Shown piece by piece: positions 30,204-37,994 of a DNA stretch of 64,000 nucleotides. Source of the stretch: Candidatus Latescibacterota bacterium (lineage in GTDB: Bacteria > Latescibacterota > UBA2968 > GCA-2709665). Numbering within the stretch: position 1 is the stretch's first letter; every line of letters starts with the position of its first letter. The stretch covers positions 4,512,001 through 4,576,000 of the forward strand of contig OZ244937.1 of NCBI GenBank assembly GCA_965222075.1, given 5' to 3'. The notes beneath the pieces were generated by a model. The model worked only from the letters and a program-made list of their open reading frames with translations. It searched no databases and had not been told where the DNA came from. A program made the position numbers and the translations under genes.

Positions 30204-30941
30204 CTATTCCGGGGAAACAGAAATTTGCATCTGTACAGAGAATGGGGTATCGTAGCCTTGCTGCTTGACAACCTTGATGAATTCTTCGGCTTCTTTGCGT
30301 TTTCTGAAGTTTCCGACCCGGACCTTAAAGAATGGCGGTTCAAATTCGATGTAGATATCCTCTCTGCCGAGCAGGTCCCGGGCCTTTGTCTGTGCCTGCT
30401 CGGCGGCCTGCTGGCTGGAGGCGGAGAAAATCTGGACGCGATAGCCGAGGACCGTGACCGGACGGCGAACCGGAGAGGCGGCCACTTCGACCTGGGCGCG
30501 TACGACAAAGGCCTCCCGGTAGCCCCGGCCCTTGGCCTCCCTCCGGAGACGCTCGGCCTCTTTGGCCGTTCGACTGTTTCCGACCTGGATTTTGTAGAGG
30601 TGCGTATCCTCGTCGTAGTAAATATAGACCGATGTGTTGAGCTTTCTCCCGGCTTCGGCACGAAACGCCTCGGCCCGGGTGCGATCGAGCACAGCAGCGA
30701 TCTGGACCCGGTAACCCTCGACCTGTTTTGAAGGACCGTCCCCTGCCGGCGATTGAGAAATGGTGGCAGACCCAGAGGCCGGCGGCTGCAACAGGAAGTC
30801 TTCGTCATTGAGTGTTTGAGGATCAAACTCTTCCTTGGCTACCGTTGTGGGATAAAGGACTTCCTGACGGGAGCCGGCGCAGCCGACGGCGCAGAAGAGC
30901 ATCCCCCATAAAACGATGTGCCGGACTCTCGGTGTTTTCAT
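30204..30941 (-). CDS. Lipoprotein with two SPOR domains
   Basis: MKTPRV..AVGC lipobox; GYRVQI...YKIQVGN and GYRVQIFS...EPPFFKVRVGNF. The N-terminal extension in the ORF track is IS-like. Confidence 0.85.
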   Translation of the reverse strand: MKTPRVRHIVLWGMLFCAVGCAGSRQEVLYPTTVAKEEFDPQTLNDEDFLLQPPASGSATISQSPAGDGPSKQVEGYRVQIAAVLDRTRAEAFRAEAGRKLNTSVYIYYDEDTHLYKIQVGNSRTAKEAERLRREAKGRGYREAFVVRAQVEVAASPVRRPVTVLGYRVQIFSASSQQAAEQAQTKARDLLGREDIYIEFEPPFFKVRVGNFRKRKEAEEFIKVVKQQGYDTPFSVQMQISVSPE

Positions 30942-30980
30942 CGCGCGCCTGACCGGGATGCCCAACCCGTAGTGATTTTT

Positions 30981-31118
30981 TATCTGGTTGACGATCCGAT
31001 GACTCATCAAATGACCCATGCCCTGCACCTGGGCCGTCAACTTGCCGATACGCTTCGACGTCCAGCGCAAAGGACGCTTGTCCGGCTCCCCAGCCGTGAT
31101 CGGCTCAAGCAAGGCTTC
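30981..31118 (-). mobile_element. ISAzo13-family transposase remnant
   Basis: EALLEPITAGEPDKRPLRWTSKRIGKLTAQVQGMGHLMSHRIVNQI resembles the recalled ISAzo13 pattern LVEP.T.GDP..PLRWT.KS..KL...L...GH.VS...V..LL. Confidence 0.65.
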
Positions 31119-31122
31119 GGTG

Positions 31123-31143
31123 GCCTGCCTGCTGCAGGCAGGC
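31123..31143. repeat. Palindrome GCCTGCCTGC-T-GCAGGCAGGC at the edge of the IS remnant
   Basis: Perfect 10-bp arms. Confidence 0.7.
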
Positions 31144-31388
31144 AAGCAAGAGCCTCGTACTTTAGCTTGCAGGGTCTTGATGCCCACACATCAAATATAA
31201 GACTATTCCACCGAAAAGTACAGCACTTATTTCGCGACGACTCCTTATGGCAAAAATGGGCAAGTAGGCGGGGAGGAATAGAGGGGATGGATTGGGAATG
31301 TTATCTCCATAGAGTGTTGTGGATGAGAAATTCGAGTACCCAATATGTGGATTATAGGAAGGAACAGGGCAGTTACAGGGGACTGTTC

Positions 31389-32426
31389 CTACTCGTCAAA
31401 CCAGGCTCGAAACGCGGCCTCGTAAGGGGGGGTTGCCACGCCCTCTTCGGTGACGATGGCCGTGACCAGACCGTTGGGTGTGATGTCAAAGGCGGGGTTG
31501 TAGACCTTGACGCCCTGCGGTGCGGTCTGTTTGCCCAGGCCCCGGGTAATCTCTTCGGGCTTGCGCTCCTCAATGGGGATTTGGTCGCCGCTTGAGAGGG
31601 ACAGGTCGACTGTGGAGAGGGGGGCGGCCACATAGAAGGGGACGTTGTGTTCCCGGGCGAGGATGGCCAGGCCGTAGGTGCCGATTTTGTTGGCCACATC
31701 TCCGTTGGCGGCGATGCGGTCGGCACCGACAATGACGCTATCGATGGGTTTCTCACGAAGGACCGCCCCGGCCATGTTGTCGCAGATGACAGTGACGTCC
31801 ACGCCGCTTTGCTGCAGTTCCCAGGCCGTCAGCCGGGAGCCCTGAAGGAGGGGACGGGTTTCATCGGCGAAGACCGCCACCTGTTTGCCCGCTTCTGAGG
31901 CAGCGTAGACCACGGCTAAGGCCGTACCGTAGTCGACGGTAGCCAGGCCGCCGGCGTTGCAGTGGGTAAGGACGGTGGTATTGGCCTTGAGGAGTTGCGC
32001 TCCGTTCTGGCCGATCTGCCGGCAGACCTTTCGGTCCTCCGCGAATATCGCGTGGGCCTCCCGCAGGAGGCATTCCCGGATCGCTTTGGGGAGACTTCCG
32101 GCAGAACCGTCCAGGACGTTCTCCATCCGGGTGAGGGCCCAGAAGAGATTGACGGCCGTGGGACGCGTGTGGGAGAGCCGGTTGATGGCTGCCCTTACCC
32201 CGGCGTCGGTATCCTCCCCTGCGGCGATGGCTTGCTGAGCGCCGACGACAACGCCGTAGGCGGCCGCAACGCCAATAGCAGGCGCGCCCCGGACCCTGAG
32301 GCTTTCGATAGCCTCGGCAACGGTTTCCACGTCTTTGCATTCGATGTAGACCAGCCTCTCCGGGAGTTGGGTCTGGTCGATGAGCCGGAGGGCGTTGTTT
32401 TCCCAGGTGAGGGTTGTAACGGGCAT
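31389..32426 (-). CDS. mtnA: S-methyl-5-thioribose-1-phosphate isomerase
   Basis: IDQTQLP, VRGAPAIG, RPTAVNL, THCNAGGLAT..GTAL, ETRPLLQGSRLT, ANKIGTY, NPAFDITP. Confidence 0.96.
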   Translation of the reverse strand: MPVTTLTWENNALRLIDQTQLPERLVYIECKDVETVAEAIESLRVRGAPAIGVAAAYGVVVGAQQAIAAGEDTDAGVRAAINRLSHTRPTAVNLFWALTRMENVLDGSAGSLPKAIRECLLREAHAIFAEDRKVCRQIGQNGAQLLKANTTVLTHCNAGGLATVDYGTALAVVYAASEAGKQVAVFADETRPLLQGSRLTAWELQQSGVDVTVICDNMAGAVLREKPIDSVIVGADRIAANGDVANKIGTYGLAILAREHNVPFYVAAPLSTVDLSLSSGDQIPIEERKPEEITRGLGKQTAPQGVKVYNPAFDITPNGLVTAIVTEEGVATPPYEAAFRAWFDE

Positions 32427-32439
32427 GGGACCTCAACAG

Positions 32440-32476
32440 ATTTCGGATTTAAACGCTTCATTCCGAAATCCGAAAT
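32440..32476. repeat. Heptamer-based inverted repeat (ATTTCGG / CCGAAAT)
   Basis: atttcggattt ... attccgaaatccgaaat between rsfS and mtnA. Confidence 0.65.
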
Positions 32477-32480
32477 GGAC

Positions 32481-32855
32481 TCAGAGGGTTTCTACCAGAG
32501 GGGCGTTCTCTTCGATCTGTTCTGCAGGGGCGTCTCCCCAGAGGCGTTCGAGGCCATAAAAGACCCGTGCCTCGGGTTGGAAGATGTGTACGACCACGTC
32601 AACGAAGTCAAACAGAATCCACGACCAAGCCTCGTAGCCTTCGATGTGCCAGGGGCGGTGGCCCACCTCTTTGGTCCCTTCCAGGACCGCATCGGCAAGG
32701 GCCTTGACATGGATATCGGAAGTTCCTGTACAGATGAGGAAGTAGTCCGTGAAATCGGCGATATCATGGAGGTCGAGTACCAGAATATCCTCCGCTTTTT
32801 TGGACTGGAGAAGCTCAATACAGCGGTCGAGGAGCTGGCGGGTCTCGTCGGACAC
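32481..32855 (-). CDS. rsfS: Ribosome silencing factor
   Basis: KKAEDILVLDL, DYFLICTGTS, EG...WILFDFVDVVVHIF..R.FYGLERLW. Confidence 0.95.
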   Translation of the reverse strand: MSDETRQLLDRCIELLQSKKAEDILVLDLHDIADFTDYFLICTGTSDIHVKALADAVLEGTKEVGHRPWHIEGYEAWSWILFDFVDVVVHIFQPEARVFYGLERLWGDAPAEQIEENAPLVETL

Positions 32856-32875
32856 TGGGAAACTCCTTCTGGGCG

Positions 32876-32913
32876 ATTGCGGATTGCGGAGTAGAAGATT
32901 TTAAATCCGAAAT
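32876..32913. repeat. Heptamer-based inverted repeat (ATTGCGG / CCGAAAT)
   Basis: attgcggattgcgga ... aaatccgaaat upstream of rsfS. Confidence 0.55.
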
Positions 32914-32921
32914 CTCAACGT

Positions 32922-33341
32922 TTACCGGGGCAGTGGGAGGTCCAGGCGGGTGTGGTCACGGCCGATGATCACGGTGACTTCTTCGATGCGAAAGGGGTCG
33001 GGGGCGATCTGCTGAATCTGGTTTGGAGTGCCCAGGGCCCTGGCCACTTTTCGGGCATATTCGGGCTTGCCCACGCGGTCGATGACGATGGATTCGGGGT
33101 AATTGAAGCTCTTGGCGTTGTCGAGGGTCATCACGTCGAACCCGAGGGTACGGAGGTGGCGGCCAACACGACGTGCGATGCCGTGTGTGCCACACCCGTT
33201 GAGGACCTCCACATGGATTTCTTTGAACGTTTCGGTTTTCGGGAGAGAGGGCGCAGGGTTTTGGCGCCAGCGACCCGCCAGGCCGATAAACAATGCCAGG
33301 GCGATGAGTGGGCCGAGCAGCCACCAGATCCATCGGGTCAT
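32922..33341 (-). CDS. LytR C-terminal domain protein, membrane anchored
   Basis: N-terminal TM segment; VEVLNGCG..GIA, GFDV..DNA, VTVIIGRD. Confidence 0.85.
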   Translation of the reverse strand: MTRWIWWLLGPLIALALFIGLAGRWRQNPAPSLPKTETFKEIHVEVLNGCGTHGIARRVGRHLRTLGFDVMTLDNAKSFNYPESIVIDRVGKPEYARKVARALGTPNQIQQIAPDPFRIEEVTVIIGRDHTRLDLPLPR

Positions 33342-33435
33342 CGAGGGTACCGAAAAAAACAGAACGGGACACCACACGGTTGAACCGCGTACGTGTCCCG
33401 TTTCGTTTAAAGCGTTTGTCGATCAGACGCCAGGG

Positions 33436-33915
33436 TCAATACGGGTAGCCCCCCCAATAGCCGTAATAAGACGGGGTGTTGCTGAACTGGATTTCAATCT
33501 GGATGTTGGGCTTGGGCCGGTAGAGCGCCCTCAGGTAGGGTACAACGATTTTCACGTTGCCTCCTCTGCCGGATGGTCCGATGGCCGTAGAGCCGTAGAG
33601 GTTGTGCTGAATCCCGACCTGAGCCTGGATGATCAGGGGGTTGGCGGCCTTGTAGGTGATGGTGTTGAGGTAGTACTGATTGAGGCCTCCACGGGCGCCG
33701 GAAGTAAAACTGACGCCCACCCTGTTCTGGAAGGAGAACCGGCTGGGATCGAGCAGGCCCTTGAATTTGGACGTTTGTTTAAGGCCCAAGGGGTTCTCTC
33801 TTACGGACATCAAGCTGGAGGAGTCCACCATTTTGGGGGTAACGCCTACGCCCGCTTCTGCCAGCGCAACCGACAGAAAAACCGCTGTCAGCGCAAGAAT
33901 GGAGGATTTGAACAT
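33436..33915 (-). CDS. Hypothetical exported protein
   Basis: Signal peptide (SVALA-EA); LLDPSRFSFQN...YYLNTITY..YRPKPN. Confidence 0.75.
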   Translation of the reverse strand: MFKSSILALTAVFLSVALAEAGVGVTPKMVDSSSLMSVRENPLGLKQTSKFKGLLDPSRFSFQNRVGVSFTSGARGGLNQYYLNTITYKAANPLIIQAQVGIQHNLYGSTAIGPSGRGGNVKIVVPYLRALYRPKPNIQIEIQFSNTPSYYGYWGGYPY

Positions 33916-33969
33916 TGTTGAACCCTTTCTTCCGGCTGAGAGGTTCGAGTCGAGTAGATGCTAAAATAT

Positions 33970-33998
33970 AAAATACAACAATTTGGATGCGTTGTCAA
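33970..33998 (-). promoter_or_regulatory. Sigma70 promoter for the hypothetical-lytR_C-rsfS-mtnA unit
   Basis: Minus strand TTGACA (33998-33993), 17 nt spacer, TATTTT (33975-33970). Confidence 0.5.
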
Positions 33999-34152
33999 GG
34001 GGCTTCACACTTTAAAGTTATACCAAAGTAAGGACCAATACGATATTTGACAACCCGAACTTTAATTTTGACGCTTGAAGGGGGGCGGGGGTTCCAGGCG
34101 GGGAAATGAAAAATGGGAAAAAACCGTAGAGGCAATCCTTGTGATCGCCCGA

Positions 34153-35280
34153 CTACTCTGCATTTTCCATCATTTTGATGAATTTCTCAAAGAGGTACTC
34201 CGCATCGTGGGGACCGGCGGAGGCTTCGGGGTGGTACTGTACGCCGAAGGCGGGGAGTTCCCGGTGGCGCAAGCCCTCAAGGGTGTTGTCGTTCAGGTTG
34301 ATGTGGGTTGTTTCCACGATATCCGGGTCGAGCGTCTCCAGGTCTAAGGCGAACCCGTGGTTCTGGGTCGTGATCTCCACTTTCCCGGTTGAAAGCTGCT
34401 TCACGGGCTGGTTGGCGCCCCGGTGGCCGAATTTCAGCTTGTAGATTTGGCCCCCCAGGGCCAGGCCAAGGAACTCGTAGCCCAGGCAGATGCCGAAGGT
34501 GGGGCGCTGCTGGATCAGTTTGCGGGTATTCTGGATTGCATAGGTCACAGGGTCTGGATCGCCGGGGCCGTTGGAGAGGAAGATGCCGTGGGGGTCGATT
34601 TCCAGGAGTTGTTCGGGGGGCGCATCGGCTGGGAAGACGGTAACGTCACACCCCTGCTGGACGAGGTGGCGCAGGATGTTCTGTTTGATGCCGAAATCGT
34701 ATGCGGCCACCCGAAACCGGGCCTTTCCCTGGAGGCGGTAGGGCTCCCCTTTCGCCAGGTCGTAAAGCCCTTCCGTCCAGTGGTAGGGTTCCTGGCAGGT
34801 GACTTCACGGACGAGGTCCAGGCCGACGAGACCGGGCGAGGCCTGGGCCTTTTTCACCAAGCTGCCGGGGTCGAGGTCTTCGGTGGAGAGGACGCTTTTC
34901 ATCGCGCCCTGGGTGCGGATATGCCGGGTGAGCGCCCGGGTGTCTACGCCTTCGATGCCGGGGATGTTGTGGCGCTTGAGGTAGTCTCCGAGGGATTCGC
35001 CGGAGCGCCAGTTGCTGGGCAGCGGGCAGTATTCTTTGACGACGAAGCCCTCGACCTGAGGGCCTTTGGACTCCACATCGGCGGGGTTGATGCCGTAGTT
35101 GCCGATGAGGGGGTAGGTCATGGTGACGATCTGGCCCTTGTAGGAGGGGTCGGTGAGGATTTCCTGGTAGCCGGTGATGCTGGTGTTGAAGACGATTTCG
35201 CCGGTGCGTTCTCCGGGGGCGCCGAAAGACTCGCCTGCGAAGATGGTACCGTCTTCCAGAGCGAGTAGGGCTTTTATCAC
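34153..35280 (-). CDS. carA: Carbamoyl-phosphate synthase small subunit
   Basis: [46 protein letters not shown]. Confidence 0.97.
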   Translation of the reverse strand: MIKALLALEDGTIFAGESFGAPGERTGEIVFNTSITGYQEILTDPSYKGQIVTMTYPLIGNYGINPADVESKGPQVEGFVVKEYCPLPSNWRSGESLGDYLKRHNIPGIEGVDTRALTRHIRTQGAMKSVLSTEDLDPGSLVKKAQASPGLVGLDLVREVTCQEPYHWTEGLYDLAKGEPYRLQGKARFRVAAYDFGIKQNILRHLVQQGCDVTVFPADAPPEQLLEIDPHGIFLSNGPGDPDPVTYAIQNTRKLIQQRPTFGICLGYEFLGLALGGQIYKLKFGHRGANQPVKQLSTGKVEITTQNHGFALDLETLDPDIVETTHINLNDNTLEGLRHRELPAFGVQYHPEASAGPHDAEYLFEKFIKMMENAE

Positions 35281-35303
35281 GCGAATTACTCCTTAGAAGC
35301 TTC

Positions 35304-36596
35304 TTACAATCGGTGGGTGATACGTCCTTCCAGGACCGTGAGGCCCGCCCTGCCCTTCAGGGTCCAGCCGTGAAAGGGGGTGTTTCGGGACCTGGAGTGG
35401 AAGGCCTGCGCGTTTACCGTCCAGGCCTGCGACGGGTTGATGACGGTGACGTCCGCACGGGCGCCGGGGGAGAGGGTGCCGCCCTTGATGCCCAGGATGC
35501 GGGCCGGGACGGTTGTGAGTTTGGCAATAGCGCCGGAGACGGAGAGGACGCCGGGTTCGACCAGGCGCGTGAAGATGAGTCCGACGGCGGTTTCAAGGCC
35601 AAGAATGCCGTTGGGGGCCTGGGTAAAGGTCCGGAGTTTTTCCTGCGTGGTGTGGGGCGCATGGTCGGTGGCCAGGGCGTCGATTGTGCCATCGGCCAGG
35701 CCCTCCAGCACGGCTTCCCGGTCGTTGGCCGAGCGCAGGGGAGGGCTCATTTTGCCGGCGGCGCCGTAGACGGACACATCCTCGTCGGTGAGGGTGAAGT
35801 GGTGGGGAGAGGCCTCGCAGGTGACGGCGAGACCCTCGGCCTTGGCCTTCCGGACGAGGTCGATTGCGCGGCGGACGCTGGTGTGGAGGATGTGGAGGCA
35901 GCCGCCGACTTCGCGGACGAGGTTGATATCCCGTTCGACCATGGCCGCTTCGCCTTCGGCGGGCATGCCTTTGATGCCGAGTTTTCGGGAGATGGCGCCC
36001 TCGTGCATGTGACCACCGCGGGTGAGGTCGAAGACTTCAGAATGGGGGCAGACGGGGAATCCGTGTTTTTCCGACCGCCGGAGGAGTTCGCGCATGATGT
36101 CTTCGGATTCTATGGGGAGGCCATCGTCGGAGAAGCCCACGGCACCGGCGTTGAGGAGGGCCTGAGTGTCGGCGATCTCCCGGCCTGCCATCTTTACGGT
36201 GGCGCAGGCGATGGGGTAGACCCGGGCGTCGGCGTCGGCGGCTCTGTCGAGGATGTACCGGACAACCTCGGGCGCGTCGGTGGGTGGATGGGTGTTGGGC
36301 AGGCAGGCCACGGCTGTGAACCCGCCGGCCGCGGCGGCCTGACAGCCGGTTTGAACGGTTTCTTTCTCGGGGAACCCCGGGTCCCGGAAGTGGACGTGCA
36401 TGTCGATGAGGCCGGGGACGACGAGGTTGCCCGCGACGCGGATGGTCTCTGTACCTGGAGGTGGATCAATTCGGCTTTCGATTTGGGCGATACGGCCGTC
36501 CCGGATCAGCAGATCGGCCGGTCTGTCCAGGGCGTTGGCCGGGTCGATGACGCGGCCGTTCTGGAGGAGGAGCATGGAGGTGGAGGGCGCGGTCAT
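35304..36596 (-). CDS. pyrC: Dihydroorotase (type I)
   Basis: PGLIDMHVHFRDPG, GGFT...PNT, FSDDG, PHH, KMSPPLR, ATDHAPH, SRNTPF. True start 36596 or 36575; the 733-aa ORF is over-extended. Confidence 0.94.
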   Translation of the reverse strand: MTAPSTSMLLLQNGRVIDPANALDRPADLLIRDGRIAQIESRIDPPPGTETIRVAGNLVVPGLIDMHVHFRDPGFPEKETVQTGCQAAAAGGFTAVACLPNTHPPTDAPEVVRYILDRAADADARVYPIACATVKMAGREIADTQALLNAGAVGFSDDGLPIESEDIMRELLRRSEKHGFPVCPHSEVFDLTRGGHMHEGAISRKLGIKGMPAEGEAAMVERDINLVREVGGCLHILHTSVRRAIDLVRKAKAEGLAVTCEASPHHFTLTDEDVSVYGAAGKMSPPLRSANDREAVLEGLADGTIDALATDHAPHTTQEKLRTFTQAPNGILGLETAVGLIFTRLVEPGVLSVSGAIAKLTTVPARILGIKGGTLSPGARADVTVINPSQAWTVNAQAFHSRSRNTPFHGWTLKGRAGLTVLEGRITHRL

Positions 36597-36639
36597 TGAG
36601 ATATTTGAGGTGCAAGGTGGGTGTAAAAGATCGGGGAGA

Positions 36640-36668
36640 AAGTTACCGATGGAGGGGGGGGCTGTCAA
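36640..36668 (-). promoter_or_regulatory. Sigma70 promoter for pyrC-carA
   Basis: Minus strand TTGACA (36668-36663), 17 nt spacer, TAACTT (36645-36640). Confidence 0.55.
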
Positions 36669-36779
36669 GGGGATTCCATTGGAAAAGGCAGGATCGGATG
36701 TAAGTGACTTGCTCTTTTGTTGGATCGGCTGTATCTTTGCAGAGATTGTGCGCCCAAAACCAGATACAGGGGGGTTATC

Positions 36780-37910
36780 ATGTTGGAATTTCCGATGATG
36801 CTGGTTCTTGTTGCGGGTTTGCTCTGTTCCTCCGGTTGGGCTGTTGCATCGGAGAGGGCCGATCCAAACGCATTTTATCGTCAGTTGCCCGGAGCGGAGG
36901 AGCTGAAAGTGTCTGTCGAGGAGGATGAGGTGTTTCTGGAGGAGGTGCTGCGGAGCATTTTCCCTGACGGAACCGAGGGGTTGACGGATGAGCAGAAGGG
37001 GATTGCGATTTTGCGGTATGCGTCCACGGCGATGAAGCTGAAGAATAACGGGGGGACCGCAACAAAGATTATCAAGGAGGGGTATGCGATCTGCGGCGGG
37101 CTCTCGCATGTACATCGGACTCTTTGCCGGAAGGTCGGGCTGCCCGCCCGGTATATCGGCGCGTTTAACCTGCGCCCGCTGATGGGCAGCCATGCGATCA
37201 GTGAGGTGTATTACGATGGAAAGTGGCATTTGCTGGATCCGACGTTTGGTCTCTTTTTTTATTCCAAGGGGCAATACGATGGCACAGGAGAGATCGCGTC
37301 CTTTCACGATCTGGTACTGGCGCCGGAGAAGTGGACGGCGTTCAAGGTGGTGGAGAAGCCCTGGATTGGCCGGTACGACGATGCGGTGCGAGCGCTGGGG
37401 GTACAGGTGGTGGAGGCGGATTATTTGAAGGATGTGTACGGCACGCCAATTTTGGATCTGTATCGGAAGTATGCGGCGGAGACATTTCCGATTGCTTTTG
37501 GACACCGGGATCCGGTCTCGTATCCGGTGGATGCGGATCTGAGGGAACAGGTAGAGATGTGGGTTGGTGAGGTGGATGAGAATTCAAGAGATGTGTTGAC
37601 GAAGGTGTCGAACGGGTCGGTTTATGTGGGAAGCCACTATCTGGGCGGGTCGTATCCACCGGGATTTCATACGTGGTCGATCAAGACGCCAGGGCAGTGT
37701 CGTTTGCAGATTGTCTATCATAGTACGACGGACGATCCGCCCGAGCTGACGCCGGCCCCGTTGAAGGCGCTGCGAATCGTGGCGATTCGCAGCGAGGGCA
37801 GGCAGGTCGTTCTCGACCTTCAGGCGATCGGGCCGGAGGCGATTGTGTCCGTTTATTGCCCGAAGGGCACGTTTGCTGTGGATGCGCTTCGGGTGGTGCG
37901 GTTACCATAA
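36780..37910 (+). CDS. Exported transglutaminase-like (Cys-His-Asp) protein
   Basis: Signal peptide; GYAICGGLS, GLPAR, HAISEVYYDGKWHLLDPT. Confidence 0.82.
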   Translation: MLEFPMMLVLVAGLLCSSGWAVASERADPNAFYRQLPGAEELKVSVEEDEVFLEEVLRSIFPDGTEGLTDEQKGIAILRYASTAMKLKNNGGTATKIIKEGYAICGGLSHVHRTLCRKVGLPARYIGAFNLRPLMGSHAISEVYYDGKWHLLDPTFGLFFYSKGQYDGTGEIASFHDLVLAPEKWTAFKVVEKPWIGRYDDAVRALGVQVVEADYLKDVYGTPILDLYRKYAAETFPIAFGHRDPVSYPVDADLREQVEMWVGEVDENSRDVLTKVSNGSVYVGSHYLGGSYPPGFHTWSIKTPGQCRLQIVYHSTTDDPPELTPAPLKALRIVAIRSEGRQVVLDLQAIGPEAIVSVYCPKGTFAVDALRVVRLP

Positions 37911-37994
37911 ATGGATTTAACCGGGGAGGTGCGACGTGCCGGAGTATGAACGCAGGCGATATCTAAATTGGCGATCCCCAACTATTGGAGTTCG

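Noticed and set aside
36597-37505. 300-aa N-terminal extension on dihydroorotase suggesting a fusion
   Set aside because: It is antisense to the transglutaminase-like gene and crosses the pyrC promoter; PyrC similarity starts near 36596.
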